From positions 41,974,001 through 42,038,000 of the forward strand of contig NC_047015.1 in NCBI RefSeq assembly GCF_902652985.1: a DNA stretch of 64,000 nt. The letters are read 5' to 3'. Position numbers and translations under genes: made by a program. Below, one piece after another: positions 1-13,559 of the stretch; positions within the stretch are counted from its first letter, which is position 1, and each line of letters starts with the position of its first letter. This stretch comes from Pecten maximus (lineage: Eukaryota). The notes under the pieces are model-generated. The model worked only from the letters and a program-made list of their open reading frames with translations. It did no database searches and was not told where the DNA came from.

Positions 1-3000
1 GTTAACCAGGCTATGGTACAACGCTGCTGCACTTGTTCATCACTTAAGAAAGCTCAGCTGTGAGTATCTTGGTGTTACACTGTGCTTTAATAAAACTTCT
101 TTGTTAATTATACATCAACTTTCAAGAATATTACAGAACACCTTAAATCACAAAATGTTGTACGACTGTCTCCACAAGGAGCGGTTTGATTGAAAAATCC
201 TTCAAAGTACGTCAGTTTAAATATTTATAAAAATGTTCTTTTTATATCGTGACTGGCCATATCACGTTAGAAAAAGTATTCTACTATCACGCCATAACTT
301 TTGTATTTCTACAACATTGATCGAGTTAGAGTTGTATATGGGTCTATATTATCACGTCACAGGGCTATATGGGTGAACTTTCCGGGTTTGTGTCTTATTC
401 TGTACCTTTGCTGCCTGATTGGAATGGTGATGTACGGGTTTTATAGCCGCTGTGACCCCTTCAAATTTGGCCTCGTGCAGTCATCAGACCAGGTAAGCTA
501 ACATGGATGTCTCACACAAATGACATTATCAGTTATGATACCATAAAATTGATAAATATCCGGGCATGTGTTGCCTACCAGGTACGAGCGTTAGAAGCCC
601 ACTTCCCTAGCTACCGTTTCCGAAATGCGTTACAGCAATCACAATATCCCAAACGATCGTAACACAGGGTCATTTCAAAAGATTGTTGTACCCTCCAATT
701 TGTATATGTGGAGGGTACCTAAGTTTTGACACTATGCCCTCTCTAACATTAACGGCAATATATCATTTCATCCGGCTCTATATTTGTATCAATTTAGTAA
801 TACATTCGTCCTTTTAGAGTAAACAGTAATATTAGAAATCAACAACGGATATAGAAATCAAAATGTAATAAAAAATATTTCATCAATTCTAAGTTTCTAA
901 GTTCTGTATGGCGTTGCTCACAATAACGTAACGTCATCATTAAATGATGATGTCCTCAATTTTGACGCACAGTCCAAGGAGCATTGTAAATGGCGCAATG
1001 AAAAACTTTCATGAAATCATATGCTTGCAATTATAAAAACAATCCGGTCTCTTCCGCGAACAAGGAAATCTCAACCCTCGTGTATGTATGAGTTCGGCAG
1101 ACCAGCACTCGGCAAACCTCGTCTAATAATCTTTCCGAAATGTTTACAGTTGTAACACTATATAAATATGTTTGTACACCGAGAATCGCTTATGATGTCA
1201 TTGATGAAAACCGACCCTCCTTTTCAATTTCAGTTACTTCCCTTGTTTGTGATGGACGTACTTGGTACTGCACAAGGATTCCCGGGATTGTTTGTCGCCA
1301 GTCTCTTCAGTGGTGCTCTTAGGTAAGCTTGATTATTACAACATATCTCAGGTGAGCTTGATTATTACAACATGTCTCAGGTAAGCTTGATTATTACAAA
1401 ATATCTCAGGTAAGCTTGATTATTACAACATATATCAGGTAAGCCTTGATATTACAACATATCTCAGCTGAGCTTGATTATTACAACATATCTCAGGTAA
1501 GCTTGATTATTACAAAATATCCCAGGTAAGAATGATTATTACAACATATCTCAGGTAAGCCTTGTTATTACAACATATCTCAGGTAAGCTTGATTATTAC
1601 AACATATCTCGGGTAAGCTTGATAATACAACATATCTCAGGTAAGCTTGATTATTACAACATATCTCAGGTAAGCCTTGTTATTACAAAATATCTCAAGT
1701 AAGCCGGATTATTATTCTATATCTAAGGTAAGCCTAATCATTACTACATATCTCGAGTAAGACCGATTATAACATCATATCCAAGGTAAACCTGATTATC
1801 ATTACATATTTCAAGTAAACCTGCTTATTATTACACATCTCAGATAAACCTGATCATTATAACACATCTCAGGTACACCTAATTATCATAACATATATTA
1901 AGCATGCCTGCTTATTATACCATATCTAAAGTAAACCTGATTATCATAGCATATAGCTAAAGGACCCTGATTATTATATCATATCTCAGATAAACCTGAT
2001 TGTCATACCATATCTCAGGTAAACCTCATAATGATAACGTATCTCGGATACACATGTATCATGTAAACCTTATAAGAATCAAATATCTTAGGTAAACATT
2101 GTAATACTAACAGTTTCATAAAAACACAACCCATGAACATTGGTAAAAATCCTTTACATTTGGGTTTAAAAAATGAGTCAAACATGTCATTTCATCAATT
2201 GTTACAATAAATTATCGTTCTTACCTGAAATCCACTTACAATATGACATTTTTTCGTAATTAAAAATAATTGTGTTTATTCGATATTAAATTATATATGT
2301 TATTATTAATATGTTACTATATTTTGTCTTTCACAATGTGTCGTTTCAGTACAATATCTTCAGGACTGAACTCCCTATCTGCAGTTGTACTACAGGATAT
2401 TATTAAATCCTACTTTTTACCGAACCTTTCCGAACAGCGTGCGACACTTGTGTCTAAGATCCTAGGTATTATACACATACATACAGCTACTGTATGATAC
2501 ACTAATCCCGACAACCTTGTTCTGGTTCTGCGAGGTCTCTTAAAACTGCGATCTTTGATAACGTCTATGGGTTACATGTATTTATATGAGCGTCAACGAA
2601 AGTTCCCGTGTGTTATTATGACTTCCTGCTTGTAACATCAATAAATTGTTATACTGAGTAAATATTTTAAAATGCTTTAAAAGGATCGATACAAGACTTC
2701 GTCAATATTTGCTTTCTTTAAAATTTTGTATAAACAGGGGTTTAATTCTTAATTGTCTTTATTGTACTTGTAGTCGTCTTCACGCCATCAATACAGAAAC
2801 GATAAGTTCAGAATCAATGTATACAACGTTATTATGATCATAGATAGTGTGAATTTCGGAAACACATTATGCGAATCCAGAATGCATCCTTACTGATAAG
2901 TCCGTGCATATGATAACTTACAATTAAGAAAACTATTTTGTAATTCCAGTACATAACCAAAAGTGTATGTCCATATCTATGATATCTTGTGTTACCAGCC

Positions 3001-3066
3001 CTAGTATTTGGTGTGATCTGTCTCGGACTGACTTATGTGGCATCCTTGCTGGGAGGTGTATTACAG
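1..3066 (+). CDS. SLC5 (sodium:solute symporter) family gene, SLC5A5/6/8/12 subgroup; partial, 5 internal exons
   Basis: GT-AG exons with consistent phases at <1-59, 363-492, 1234-1322, 2350-2465 and 2999-3066 splice to VNQAMVQRCCTCSSLKKAQL-AIWVNFPGL...YSRCDPFKFGLVQSSDQ-LLPLFVMDVLG...PGLFVASLFSGALS-TISSGLNSLSAVVLQD...-ALVFGVICLGLTYVASLLGGVLQ. The NQAxVQR, CDP...DQLLP and GALSTxSSGLNSL motifs are characteristic of SMCT/SMVT/NIS-type transporters. The exact paralogue cannot be resolved by eye. Confidence 0.9.
1321..2095 (+). repeat. 29-bp minisatellite (AGGTAAGCTTGATTATTACAACATATCTC) starting at the SLC5 exon donor
   Basis: About 26 units. The first unit includes the real AG|GTAAG donor at 1321-1327, and units decay progressively to the right. 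Confidence 0.9.
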
Positions 3067-3303
3067 GTATTTATATTCAAAGTCTCATAATACCGTTTTG
3101 TTTGTCACTGTCTTATATGGATCCATCTATATTTCAACGAGCCAAATACTGACCCTAAGGAACTGCCTTTTGTGGTGATCAGTTAGGCTATCAATCTATC
3201 GCATCCTCACAAGTTGTTATCAACGCTGCTCGTGTTATGCTCGTTTTGTCATCCTTTGGAAGCATTAAGCGCGTCACCAACTCAAAGATATGTTCATGTT
3301 TAA

Positions 3304-3403
3304 NNNNNNNNNNNNNNNNNNNNNNNNNNNNNNNNNNNNNNNNNNNNNNNNNNNNNNNNNNNNNNNNNNNNNNNNNNNNNNNNNNNNNNNNNNNNNNNNN
3401 NNN
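3304..3403. other. Assembly gap (100 N)
   Basis: Run of exactly 100 N, the usual placeholder for a gap of unknown size. Confidence 0.98.
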
Positions 3404-4019
3404 ACAGTTGACAGAGATGACCATCTGCAAAAACTGGTATGACTGGTATGGACTACTCCAAATTTTCCCTACCCAATGTTTGGGACTGTGGTACGATACA
3501 GGTAAGCTATGTATGGTATGACTGTTGGACTCTCAAATTATGAATACCAATTTTAGAAGTGGTGTGAGATAAACTTCACTTGTGGTAAAAATCCTTCAAA
3601 AAATACTGTTAATATATATCCAGTATGATACAGTCTGATACAGATAACTAATACTTTGGATAATCATACTAAACAGATATTAGATACAAATTTACTTGAC
3701 ATGTCTATTTAGTAATGGGCCATTTATTGATTAAAATGAAAAAAAATATATCAGAAAATGAAATAGAACATATTAATTGATGCCAAAATTAAAAACTATT
3801 TAGCATTTGATTAGTTTACAAATGACAAATTAAAACAGGGCATTTTCTTTTTTCACAAAGCAAATGTATGTAATCTATCAAATTTGTCGTAAATTAAATC
3901 ATTAAGTTCTTTTTTTAGTTCATAAATTTGAATTAGTGTTCATTCAGTATAAATACCTGTATATCTTTCATGTCAAAATACAAATTCAATGTACAATAAT
4001 ACTGAATTATAATTTTAAG

Positions 4020-7000
4020 GTATGAAATATGAAAAAGAGAATGAAGAGGAATTAAAAGACAAAATTGACTTTGAAAAGGAGACACCTCCACATTATCCTC
4101 CAAATGGTAAGCGACTGCTTTCACTACATCATTTATCAGTCTGCAACATTGACAAGAAATATTCAACAATATTTTACATTAATAATATCAATTCCAATTG
4201 ATTGTGGGTTTTTTTAGCTCACCTGCCCAAAGGGTAAGTGAGCTTATGCCGTGGTGCGGCCTCCGTCGTCCGTTCGTCCGTGTCAACTTTTTTAATTAAA
4301 CAACTTCTTCTCAATAACCAAGAGGCCCAGGGACTTGATATTAGGCCTGTATCATCCTTGCTGAAGGGCTACAAAGTTTGTTAAAGTGAATGACCTTGAC
4401 CTTCATTCAAGGTCACATGGGTCAAATAGGCTATAACATTCAACAAACTTCTTCTATATAACCAAGAGTTCCAGGGACTTGATATTGGGCCTGTAGCATG
4501 CTGGGGTAAAGTGCTACCAAGTTTGTTAAAATGAATGACCTTGACCTGTACTCAAGGTCACACGGGTCAAATAGGCTATATTCTTCAAATAACTTCTTTT
4601 CAATAATCAAGAGGCCCAGGGACTTGATATTGGGCCTGTAGCATTCTGGGGTGAAGGGCTACCAAGTTTGTTCAAATAAATGACCTTGACCTTCATTCAA
4701 GGTCACATTGATCAAATAGGCTAAAATCTTTAAACGACTTCTTAAAAACCAAGAAGCCCATGGACTTGATAGTGGGCCTGTTGCATGCTGGGGTGAAGGG
4801 CTACCAAGTTTGTTCAAAATAATGACCTTGACCTTCATTAAAGGTCACATGGGTCAAATAGGCTAAAATTTTTAAATGACTTCTTCTCAACAACCAAAAG
4901 GCCCAGGGATTTGATATAGGACTTGTAGCATCCTCGGGTGGAGGAATCCCAAGTTTGTTCAAATGAATGACCTTGACATTTATTCAAGGTCACAGAGGTC
5001 AAATAGGCTATAATCTTAAAACATTTTTTTCTCAATAACCAAGAGGCCCAGGGACTTGATATTGGGACTGTATCATGCTAGGGTGAAGGGCTACCAAGTT
5101 TGTTCAAAATAATGACCTTGACCTTCATTTAAGGTCACATTGGTCAAATAGGCTTAAATCTTTAAACAATGATTATGTGATAGCCAAGTATCACCAAGAC
5201 CTGATATTAGGCCAATAGTATGCTGGAATGAAGGACTAGAAAATTTATTGACATAGATAAACCTAGCTTACACTGATATTTTGATAAAGTGGTAATCGGC
5301 TTAGTATCTGTAGAAATGACCTTAATCGACTTTAAATTTGCTGTAGAGCCAGGTGAGCGATACAGGCCCATTGGGCCTCTTGTTAGCATGATGCAATGTT
5401 TGAATTTGAATACAACTGATTAATTGGTATACAATGTCATGTACAAAATAGAATTGCTTTTTATTGGGCTGTTCATGTATTTCATGACTTGAAAAACATC
5501 TGTTAATACATTTGTATAATCAATAAAAAAAATTACTGAAAAAAAATACTGAAATGTTTCAGTGGAAAGACCCAATTTTGGATGTCGCACTTTGATGATG
5601 CGCCATTTCTCAAAGATCCTGCCAGGGTTGATGCGTGATGTGTTGGACTGGGTGGTGGAGACACGTATCAAGTCTGCCTCACTACTGTACACCCTGCTAA
5701 TCAATACAGAAGACTATGTGACGCAGCATCTGGAGCCACTTCTCACTGGCATGTACCGTGCCTCAGTGGACGAGGAGAAGAGTGTCGTCGCTAATGTATG
5801 TCTAATATCTAGACTCTCAATACTAATAATAAAATGTACGGCAGCAATTTAACATTAATGTATGACATTCTTCAATGGACAGACTCAAATATTAATCATT
5901 AAGTAAAATTGTGTATATATATTTAAACATTAGCATATGACAAAGTATAACATTCAAAAATGAAACAAGAATACACAACAATTTTTTGTGCATACTAGAC
6001 ATTCACATGACAATTTCTTAGATATTTTGATAATGTAATTTGTTGCAAATAAAAGATAAATATCTACCTTGTATTTGATAAAACATTCTTCTGACCCAAA
6101 CTCTCACATAACAAATTGTGAATTTATTTATTTATAAAATATTTTACGATTCAAGTTATGGTGAAAAGATCAAACAAATCAACATTTGTATTTTTTTAAT
6201 GTTTTTACCAATTTAAATTTGTATGAAGAATGTTATCTTATTCAGTTTGGTAAACTATAAAATTGTTTTGTTTTGGCCCTTTTCCAGATAAGGAAGTCAT
6301 CAACATTAGTTGGATATTTTGTGGCTCCGGATATATGGTCCAAACTTGTGTTCAAAGCAGTGAAGACGACCCAGTCTTTTGGCTGTGTCCTTGTCCTGGG
6401 TGGAGTTATCAAAGGCACAGAGCGTGCTTTGCTCCTCCCGTACCTCGACAATGTGTGTGATGTCATTTTGACTCCAGATGTGTGTAATACCGTGCAAGTA
6501 AGTGTGCTGTAGTATCATATGCTGTATATCTAACACTGCAACATTGATGATAACAAAAAAATGAGGTTTGATAATTTCAACTCAATCTAGTTATTTCATT
6601 AAACTCCACATTGTAATCTTGTCAATATTTTAAGTACACTTAGGAATAGATTTTGCTCATTGTCCCTATTCTTTGAAGTACATCTATTTAATCCAATCTC
6701 AGATATAAATGTCTAAGCTAAAAGAACAATACACAATCAAAGAAACTATTTACAGAGAGAACAGTTATTTTGATCCCTCAATCCAAAAAAGAAATTATTT
6801 ACAGAGAAAACAGTTATTTTGATTCCTCAATCGAAAAAAGAAATTATTTACAGAGAAACCAGTTATTTTGATTCCTCAATCCAAAGAATACACTAAGTTA
6901 ACCTTTATTCAAGAGCGAGTCAGTTATTCCAAAAATCTGCATCCATGACCAATTTCATCCATCACTCTATGTATAGCGAATTGGTAAGGTTAAAATTGTT

Positions 7001-10000
7001 ACTAGTGTTGTTAATGATGCAAGGCCTGATGGAGATCTTGTTTTACTTTCTGTTGACAAAAGATTGGATATGCAAGGGTAAGATTTATGCCTAGTAAGTA
7101 CATGCTGCTTTAACAAAAAAACATGAATCAATCGGTCAGCATTAACAAAAAAGGCCCTGTGTTGAAATATTGATTGATGTTTATAACTGGTTATAAAATA
7201 AACCTAAATCATACTTTATCAGGTACAGATGCACGTGGAACTGTTATCTTGTGTGGAGGGAATACTGACGGTTGCCCAGGATGATGCTGGACCTGTCAGT
7301 CAGAAACTCTTCAATCTTCTCCTTACCATTCTTGCTCAGGCTCAAAACCAAGAGACAGCTGACAAGGTAAACAAATCAAATCTGCTGGAATTATTGAATG
7401 TTTTGCTTAACAATTTCATAATTATTATATTTATTTTTAAAATGTTTAGATTTATTTGGTAATGTTAGTACTTGTAGCTATCTAGAATTTACTGTATATG
7501 GCCTTATTAATATAAACATATATAACTTCAGGGCTATCCGGTCTATTCTTACTCCAACAATGATAGATAATTACACGGAGAAAAACTTCTGATGGTGCCT
7601 TGTGTCAGTTAGCTTCATAACAAATAATTAGCAAGTTACCTTTTATATATATTAGCTACAATGTATGTAATTATATAGCTGACAGACATAATCTATATTT
7701 GACAACATGTTTTAAACATTACTAGGTCTACCAGCTACTGGATGAGCTATGTAAAATCCAGACCCTGGAATCCAGAACACAACTCTTCAGTCGCCATACC
7801 CGACCCCTTCTTCTCACCTTTACAGAGACTTTTGGCATGTGGAACCTTCATTCAGTGGAAAGACAGATCTTTGACACTTTAGTCCTAGAAGCAGGTACAG
7901 TAGATAAATGGCTCAATTGGAAACATCTAGGCTGTTATTACAGTTTGAGCTGATTTTATCAGAGTGGTTTATCAATTTATTTAGGAACAGATTTACTGAT
8001 CTTATTTCTGGCAAGCCTTTCTATTTTTGTTTGCCTGTATTAATATCAGCTGGCAGGCGGAGAACAAACAAATTGACAAACTTGCATGCTGGCATAGTTG
8101 AAAAATTTCCTTTATACATTTTTAAGTGTTCAGACTGATATGAAATCAGTTTCATAATGATGTGATATTTATAGTTCAATGTTGGGGCATATTCTTTGAT
8201 CTATAGGGTGTGTAATGCTAGGAGTAATGTAAGAAAATAAGGAGTTTTCCTTTATGATCAGATTTACAGATGTAGCATGGTATTTTGAATCATGGTGAAA
8301 TGACCCCCACTCATGGTAATTATATAAAGTGCCCCCCCCCCCCTTAAAAAACAAATTAAAATCACTTATTTTTTCATATATTATTTAACATATTTCTTAT
8401 TAAAACAATGTTGTATCAGATAAGTAATTTTGATGCGAGTCATCTAAGAAGGAGGAAGGAGGGGGGTCACTTAACCATGGCCCGGGTCTACAATTGGTAA
8501 TCTTATCAATGTTATGGTTGTTACAGGGCCTGTGATTGGTGACCTTCTTGGTGACATCATACCAGTGATGGTATCTAACCTAAATCCTGAGAAAGACCCT
8601 GAGGTGAGACTGAAATTCTTTTCACTACTGTCCAAGCTAGTGATGTCCTCATCCACCACCATTGACTCACAGAACAAGTTTGGGGACTTTTCTGCCATCG
8701 TTGTAAAGGACATGGTAATTCCCAACTGTGTGTGGAGTGCAGGACGAACAGCAGGAGCCATCAGGACAACAGCTGTTTCTTGTATGTGGGCACTGCTTCA
8801 AAGTGGTCTGCTTACACAGGAAAAGGTGGGTTGTTTTCTGTTCTGTTGTTTTCACAGGATTCTTGTCATACACCCCACACCTTCTTAGTAGAGGGGGTAA
8901 GATTTGATATAGTAATCAGTTTGTATGTGCAATTTTGTACAAAATACTCTGGATATATTTAGTTCTTATTCACACTATATCATCACACCATGAAGTTATA
9001 CACACGATTTAGGTGGTCATAGGTCAAGGTTAAAGGTCCCATTTAGCTTTAAGAGGGGGTAAAGGGTATATATAAAAAAATGTATCTTATACATTAGCCT
9101 CCTCTCAATTTGCTTCTATTGTCCCCAATAATAGATCTTTATTGAGTCATATAATCATATAAAATAGGCTGACTTTTCTTAAAATAAGTTGAATATTATT
9201 GATGATGTGATAGCTTCTGACATCATACATATGTCTGTAGTAGTAATGTTGTTTGTATGTCTGGATATAGCTGGCTCCGGTTGTGGAGGATCTCCTCACT
9301 CAGATGATCACAGCAATGGATGACAGCAATAAGAGTACACGTCTCATTGCCTGCCGAGTGATGACAAGACTGTTTGAGCTCAGTGGCCCATCTCTGGAAC
9401 TAGACCGCCTTCACAACATGTATCCAGAGCTATTGAAACGCTTGGATGACAGTGATGATGAGATACGCATCACAGTGGCAAAGACATGGCTCGGGTACCT
9501 TGGGAGCTTTGATGGCCGCTATGATGCTGCCATGTACAAGGCCCATGTGGAGGCCATTTATAAGGGACTTCTCGTCCATTTAGATGACCCAGATGCCAGG
9601 ATACAGAAGGCCATTCTAGGTAGGTTAAGTAATGTTGAGCTAGACTGTCCTTGATGCATATATCTTGTTTAGAAAAAGACATTAAGTCAGGTTTAGTTTT
9701 AAACATCATCAATACTGCTGGGGTTACATTCACTTTAATTTATTCTCTGTATTCCTGGAATATGGCCAAATTCAAAGTCACAAAACTTCCTATTTGATCG
9801 GTGTCCAAATGAAAAACCCTGATGAATCTCTAGGCTATTTTTTATCCTTTGAAGATTATTTACAAGTAACAATCATTAAGTTAAAAGCTACAAGATGACG
9901 GAGCTTTCAATTTTGTCATGATATACCGTAATCAAGGGGTGCAGAGCAAAAAGAAAAAAGAAAGAAACCCTGGAGTATCGAAGATGAGATTTAAAATTAA

Positions 10001-10401
10001 CATTTGTTGCATCTATTACATATTCAGGATAGTTTGATTAAAAATCTTTAGCAAGACATTAATTGTAGTGTGCCATTATGTAAAATACATTGTAAGCATA
10101 AGTATCATTGGCTATACATGACTTAGTACTAGTCTAGACTAAGTGTTGTAATTGAATTAAATTTTCCATTGCCAGTTTTTGACAATTATTAAAAAAAGGA
10201 TTTGTTTGCAGATTCTTGAACACTTTAAATCTATATTGATGTGTTAATTGTTTGGTTTTTACAGAGGTATTGAGTTCAGCTGCGAGCCTGATCCCAAACA
10301 TGTTGATAGGAGCCATCGAGGACATCAAACATAAACATCGGTCACAGCACTACTGTGAGGAACTCTTATCCTACACAAAAACACTTATCACATCATCTTA
10401 A
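4020..10401 (+). CDS. DNAAF5: Dynein axonemal assembly factor 5 (HEATR2), 5'-partial, 8 exons
   Basis: Exons at 4020-4106, 5563-5795, 6288-6497, 7223 (or 7229)-7366, 7726-7894, 8527-8825, 9271-9619 and 10265-10401 (TAA), all GT-AG and phase-consistent. Peptides [81 protein letters not shown] and [13 protein letters not shown] match vertebrate DNAAF5 as recalled. AATAAA at 10477 and 10562. Confidence 0.93.
4209..5384 (+). mobile_element. Non-autonomous Helentron/HINE (pearl-like) element with about 6 central repeats of about 145 bp
   Basis: 5' T-run plus AGCTCACCTG and a (GTCC)-type microsatellite at about 4262-4280. Tandem units contain TGACCTTGAC..AAGGTCA. The 3' end has CAGGTGAGCG (subterminal inverted repeat) and the palindrome AGGCCCATTGGGCCT. 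Lies in a DNAAF5 intron. Confidence 0.8.
6738..6886 (+). repeat. Tandem repeat of about 50 bp, 3 copies
   Basis: AAAGAAATTATTTACAGAGAAAACAGTTATTTTGATTCCTCAATCCAA repeated three times. Confidence 0.85.
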
Positions 10402-11928
10402 TCACAACAGCATGTTTCATTACCATAAAATTCATTATTTCTTGGAATATTGTGGTTGCAATATTATTTATTTTGTAATAAATTTGTGAAAACATTTTTG
10501 GGTTTTGTTTTACCAGGTAGATACTTTGTATGCGTGTATTGGTCTGTGTTGAGTCGACTACAATAAAAATACTAACACTGTAGATTCAGAAATACTAGAT
10601 ATTTGCTTTTAGATCTGATGCTTATAATTATGTTTCGTACAAATACCACCGTGTAGATTCAAGTGTATGTATCTGCTAAACATAACAATAATCACAATAG
10701 AGACACATGTTTGAGAAATTAATGCTGCAGTTGTTGTTAGAACACAGCAAATTGCTGGAGTAATATAGTGAGCAAACTTCATCGTAAAAGGTTCATTTTC
10801 GGACAACTAGAAAATCCCTATAGGACATAAATGCCTCCGATGCCACTTGACACCCAGTGTCTGAGATTAGCGAGTTATACATTGCGATGGGAGGGGGCAG
10901 ACATGGGTAACACTATACCCCCCCCCCCCATTTAATGCAGGGGCATGATTTCAAAACTGAATTATGTTATCATTGGATGTATTTCATAACCACTTCCTTT
11001 GAGTTTTTACATACAGGACAAAAAACAGAAAACTTGTCAGTATTAATTCTTACTGTACTTTAACCTGGACTTTATTTCATAACAGGAATGTAGAAGGAAT
11101 TCAACATTAAGATGCATACATATCTAATACTAATGTATTTTAGAAACGGTTTATCAAAGACAAAAAACATTACTGCAACATGCATGTATTACAAAATCTA
11201 ACAAATATGACTCTATGCATTATACAATGTAATTAAAAAGTGGTCATAGATAAAGAAGAGTTTTGATTTTTCACACTGACTTGAAATCAAACAACTCTCC
11301 AATAATTAGAAGTATATATAGTTATTTATACAATGATTTGTCCCTGTAAAGTTATAAAGCATATCACAGACATTTGTAGAGTCATTATTACAAGGTATAA
11401 CATACATATTAGAACAAGCACAATTCATTGTACATTCATCCAGGAATGTACTTTAAAATACAAATAAAATATGAGACATTACAATTGCTATTCATATACT
11501 TGGACAAATATACAATATGTATATTCGATAAAATGAATGTTACAGTGTCCCGAATACATGGAATAAGAAGACTTTATCAACCTACTTCGAATATAAACAG
11601 CTAGGCTTCAAAAATGTAACAAAATAATAAAATTATCCATAATATTTTAGATTGACCTGAAATTCCTGGTTTCAATTCTTATTGCAATTATAATAATGAT
11701 TTCTGACATTCCTTCTAGAATTTTTTAATTTGAAAACAAAAAGTGGATACTGAGTCTTCATTAAACTGGTCACGATGAAATGAATTGGTTTTCTATATAT
11801 ACATCCAAATAGTCCATATTTCACACTGGTTCATCATTGATTCTTTAATCTAGAAGTAATTAAATGTAAATCACTCATGTAAGCGGTCAACAGATAGTAG
11901 GGCAATAGAAATGGCTGAGATTTCAGTG

Positions 11929-12562
11929 TAATTGAGATACGCTATAGGCCTACATGTAACGTGTAGTCTAATTGAGTTACACTATAGGCCTACATGTAAC
12001 GTGTAGTCTTATTGAGATACGCTATAGGCCTACATGTAACGTGTAGTCTAATTGAGATACACTATAGGCCTACAGGAAACGTGTAGTCTAATTGAGATAC
12101 ACTATAGCCCTACATGTAACGTGTAGTCTAATTGAGATACACTATAGGCCTACAGGAAACGTGTAGTCTAATTGAGATACACTATAGCCCTACATGTAAC
12201 GTGTAGTCTAATTGAGATACACTATAGGCCTACATGTAACGTGTAGTCTAATTGAGATACACTATAGGCCTACATGTAACGTGTAGTCTAATTGAGATAC
12301 GCTATAGGCCTACATGTAACGTGTAGTCTAATTGAGATACACTATAGGCCTACATGAAATTTGTAGTCTAATCAAGTTACACTATAGGCCTACATGTAAC
12401 GTGTAGTCTAATTAAGATACACTATAGGCCTACATGAAATTTGTAGTCTAATCAAGTTACACTATAGGCCTACATGAAATGTGTAGTCTAATTGAGTTAC
12501 ACTATAGGCCTACATGAAATGTGTAGTCTAACTTAGATACACTATAGGCCTACAGGAAACAC
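11929..12562 (+). repeat. 40-bp minisatellite, about 16 copies
   Basis: Unit ATTGAGATACACTATAGGCCTACATGTAACGTGTAGTCTA, highly homogeneous. Lies between the DNAAF5 and VWA3A 3' ends. Confidence 0.95.
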
Positions 12563-13559
12563 TTACGTATAATTGATTCACATAATTCATTTACAAAATA
12601 AAGGAAAAACACTTACATGTACATGTACTTTAACACTCTTATTGCAGCAAAATTATCAAATTTTGATATGCATAAACATTACCCATTACACTGTATATGA
12701 ATGTTTTTAATACTTGTTACGTTATGACCTGTAATCTTTGGTTTAGAACAAAGAACTATCCTATAAAGCTAGCCTATAGTATGAGTAAGCTATGTAGCTA
12801 AGCACTCATCTATAACATTAAGACATTGTAAGGGCCCCATGCATTTGCAAGCTAGCCTTATATTTTCGGCTGCTGAAGCATTTTGCAGGCTGCTTGGATT
12901 TGCTAAAAAAAATGGTTGATATGCAACAGCTACCCAATGGAACAATTCTGAACCACACTGACGAAAACCTCAGAGCAAGACACAATTGAAGGGAAAGGTT
13001 ATAAACTATATAATAAATGTTAAACATTTTACTTTTAGTGTTACAGAGGTTAATTGTATGACATTTTTACAACCAATTAGCTTTTATAAATTATTTAAGA
13101 CTCTTACATGTTCACGTGCAGTAATAAATATAAAACCATGGTGGTTAATTAACAAATTATGAGAAATCAATTGTTATGTAACAAGAAAATAATGTATCAA
13201 ACTAAAATAGATTATGTTTTAGGTGTGGTAAAAAGAAACAAAAATATTCCATATTTATAAATCTCCAGTGAAAGAATATGAACAGATGTAAAAATATTTA
13301 CTAGTAGATTAATTAACTTACTTCTAATATGTACATGAACTGCCTTGCTTTGTATGTCTGCATTTCAATCAACAAAAAGGAAAAATGAGATTCTTGAACG
13401 TTACTTACAGGCATATTTTGCTTAAATTGAAATAGACTTTAAGTAGGTTTAATCATGGATCTGATACTAAGTAAGACTGCAGAATCACACCATCATAGTT
13501 ATTATTACTGGACATGAGCTAGAAATAAGTGTGAACAGAGAGCAATACTCATCATACTA

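Noticed and set aside
11929-12562. Regular 40-bp array resembling a CRISPR array
   Set aside because: Units are contiguous with no unique spacers, there are no cas genes, and the context is eukaryotic; it is a minisatellite.
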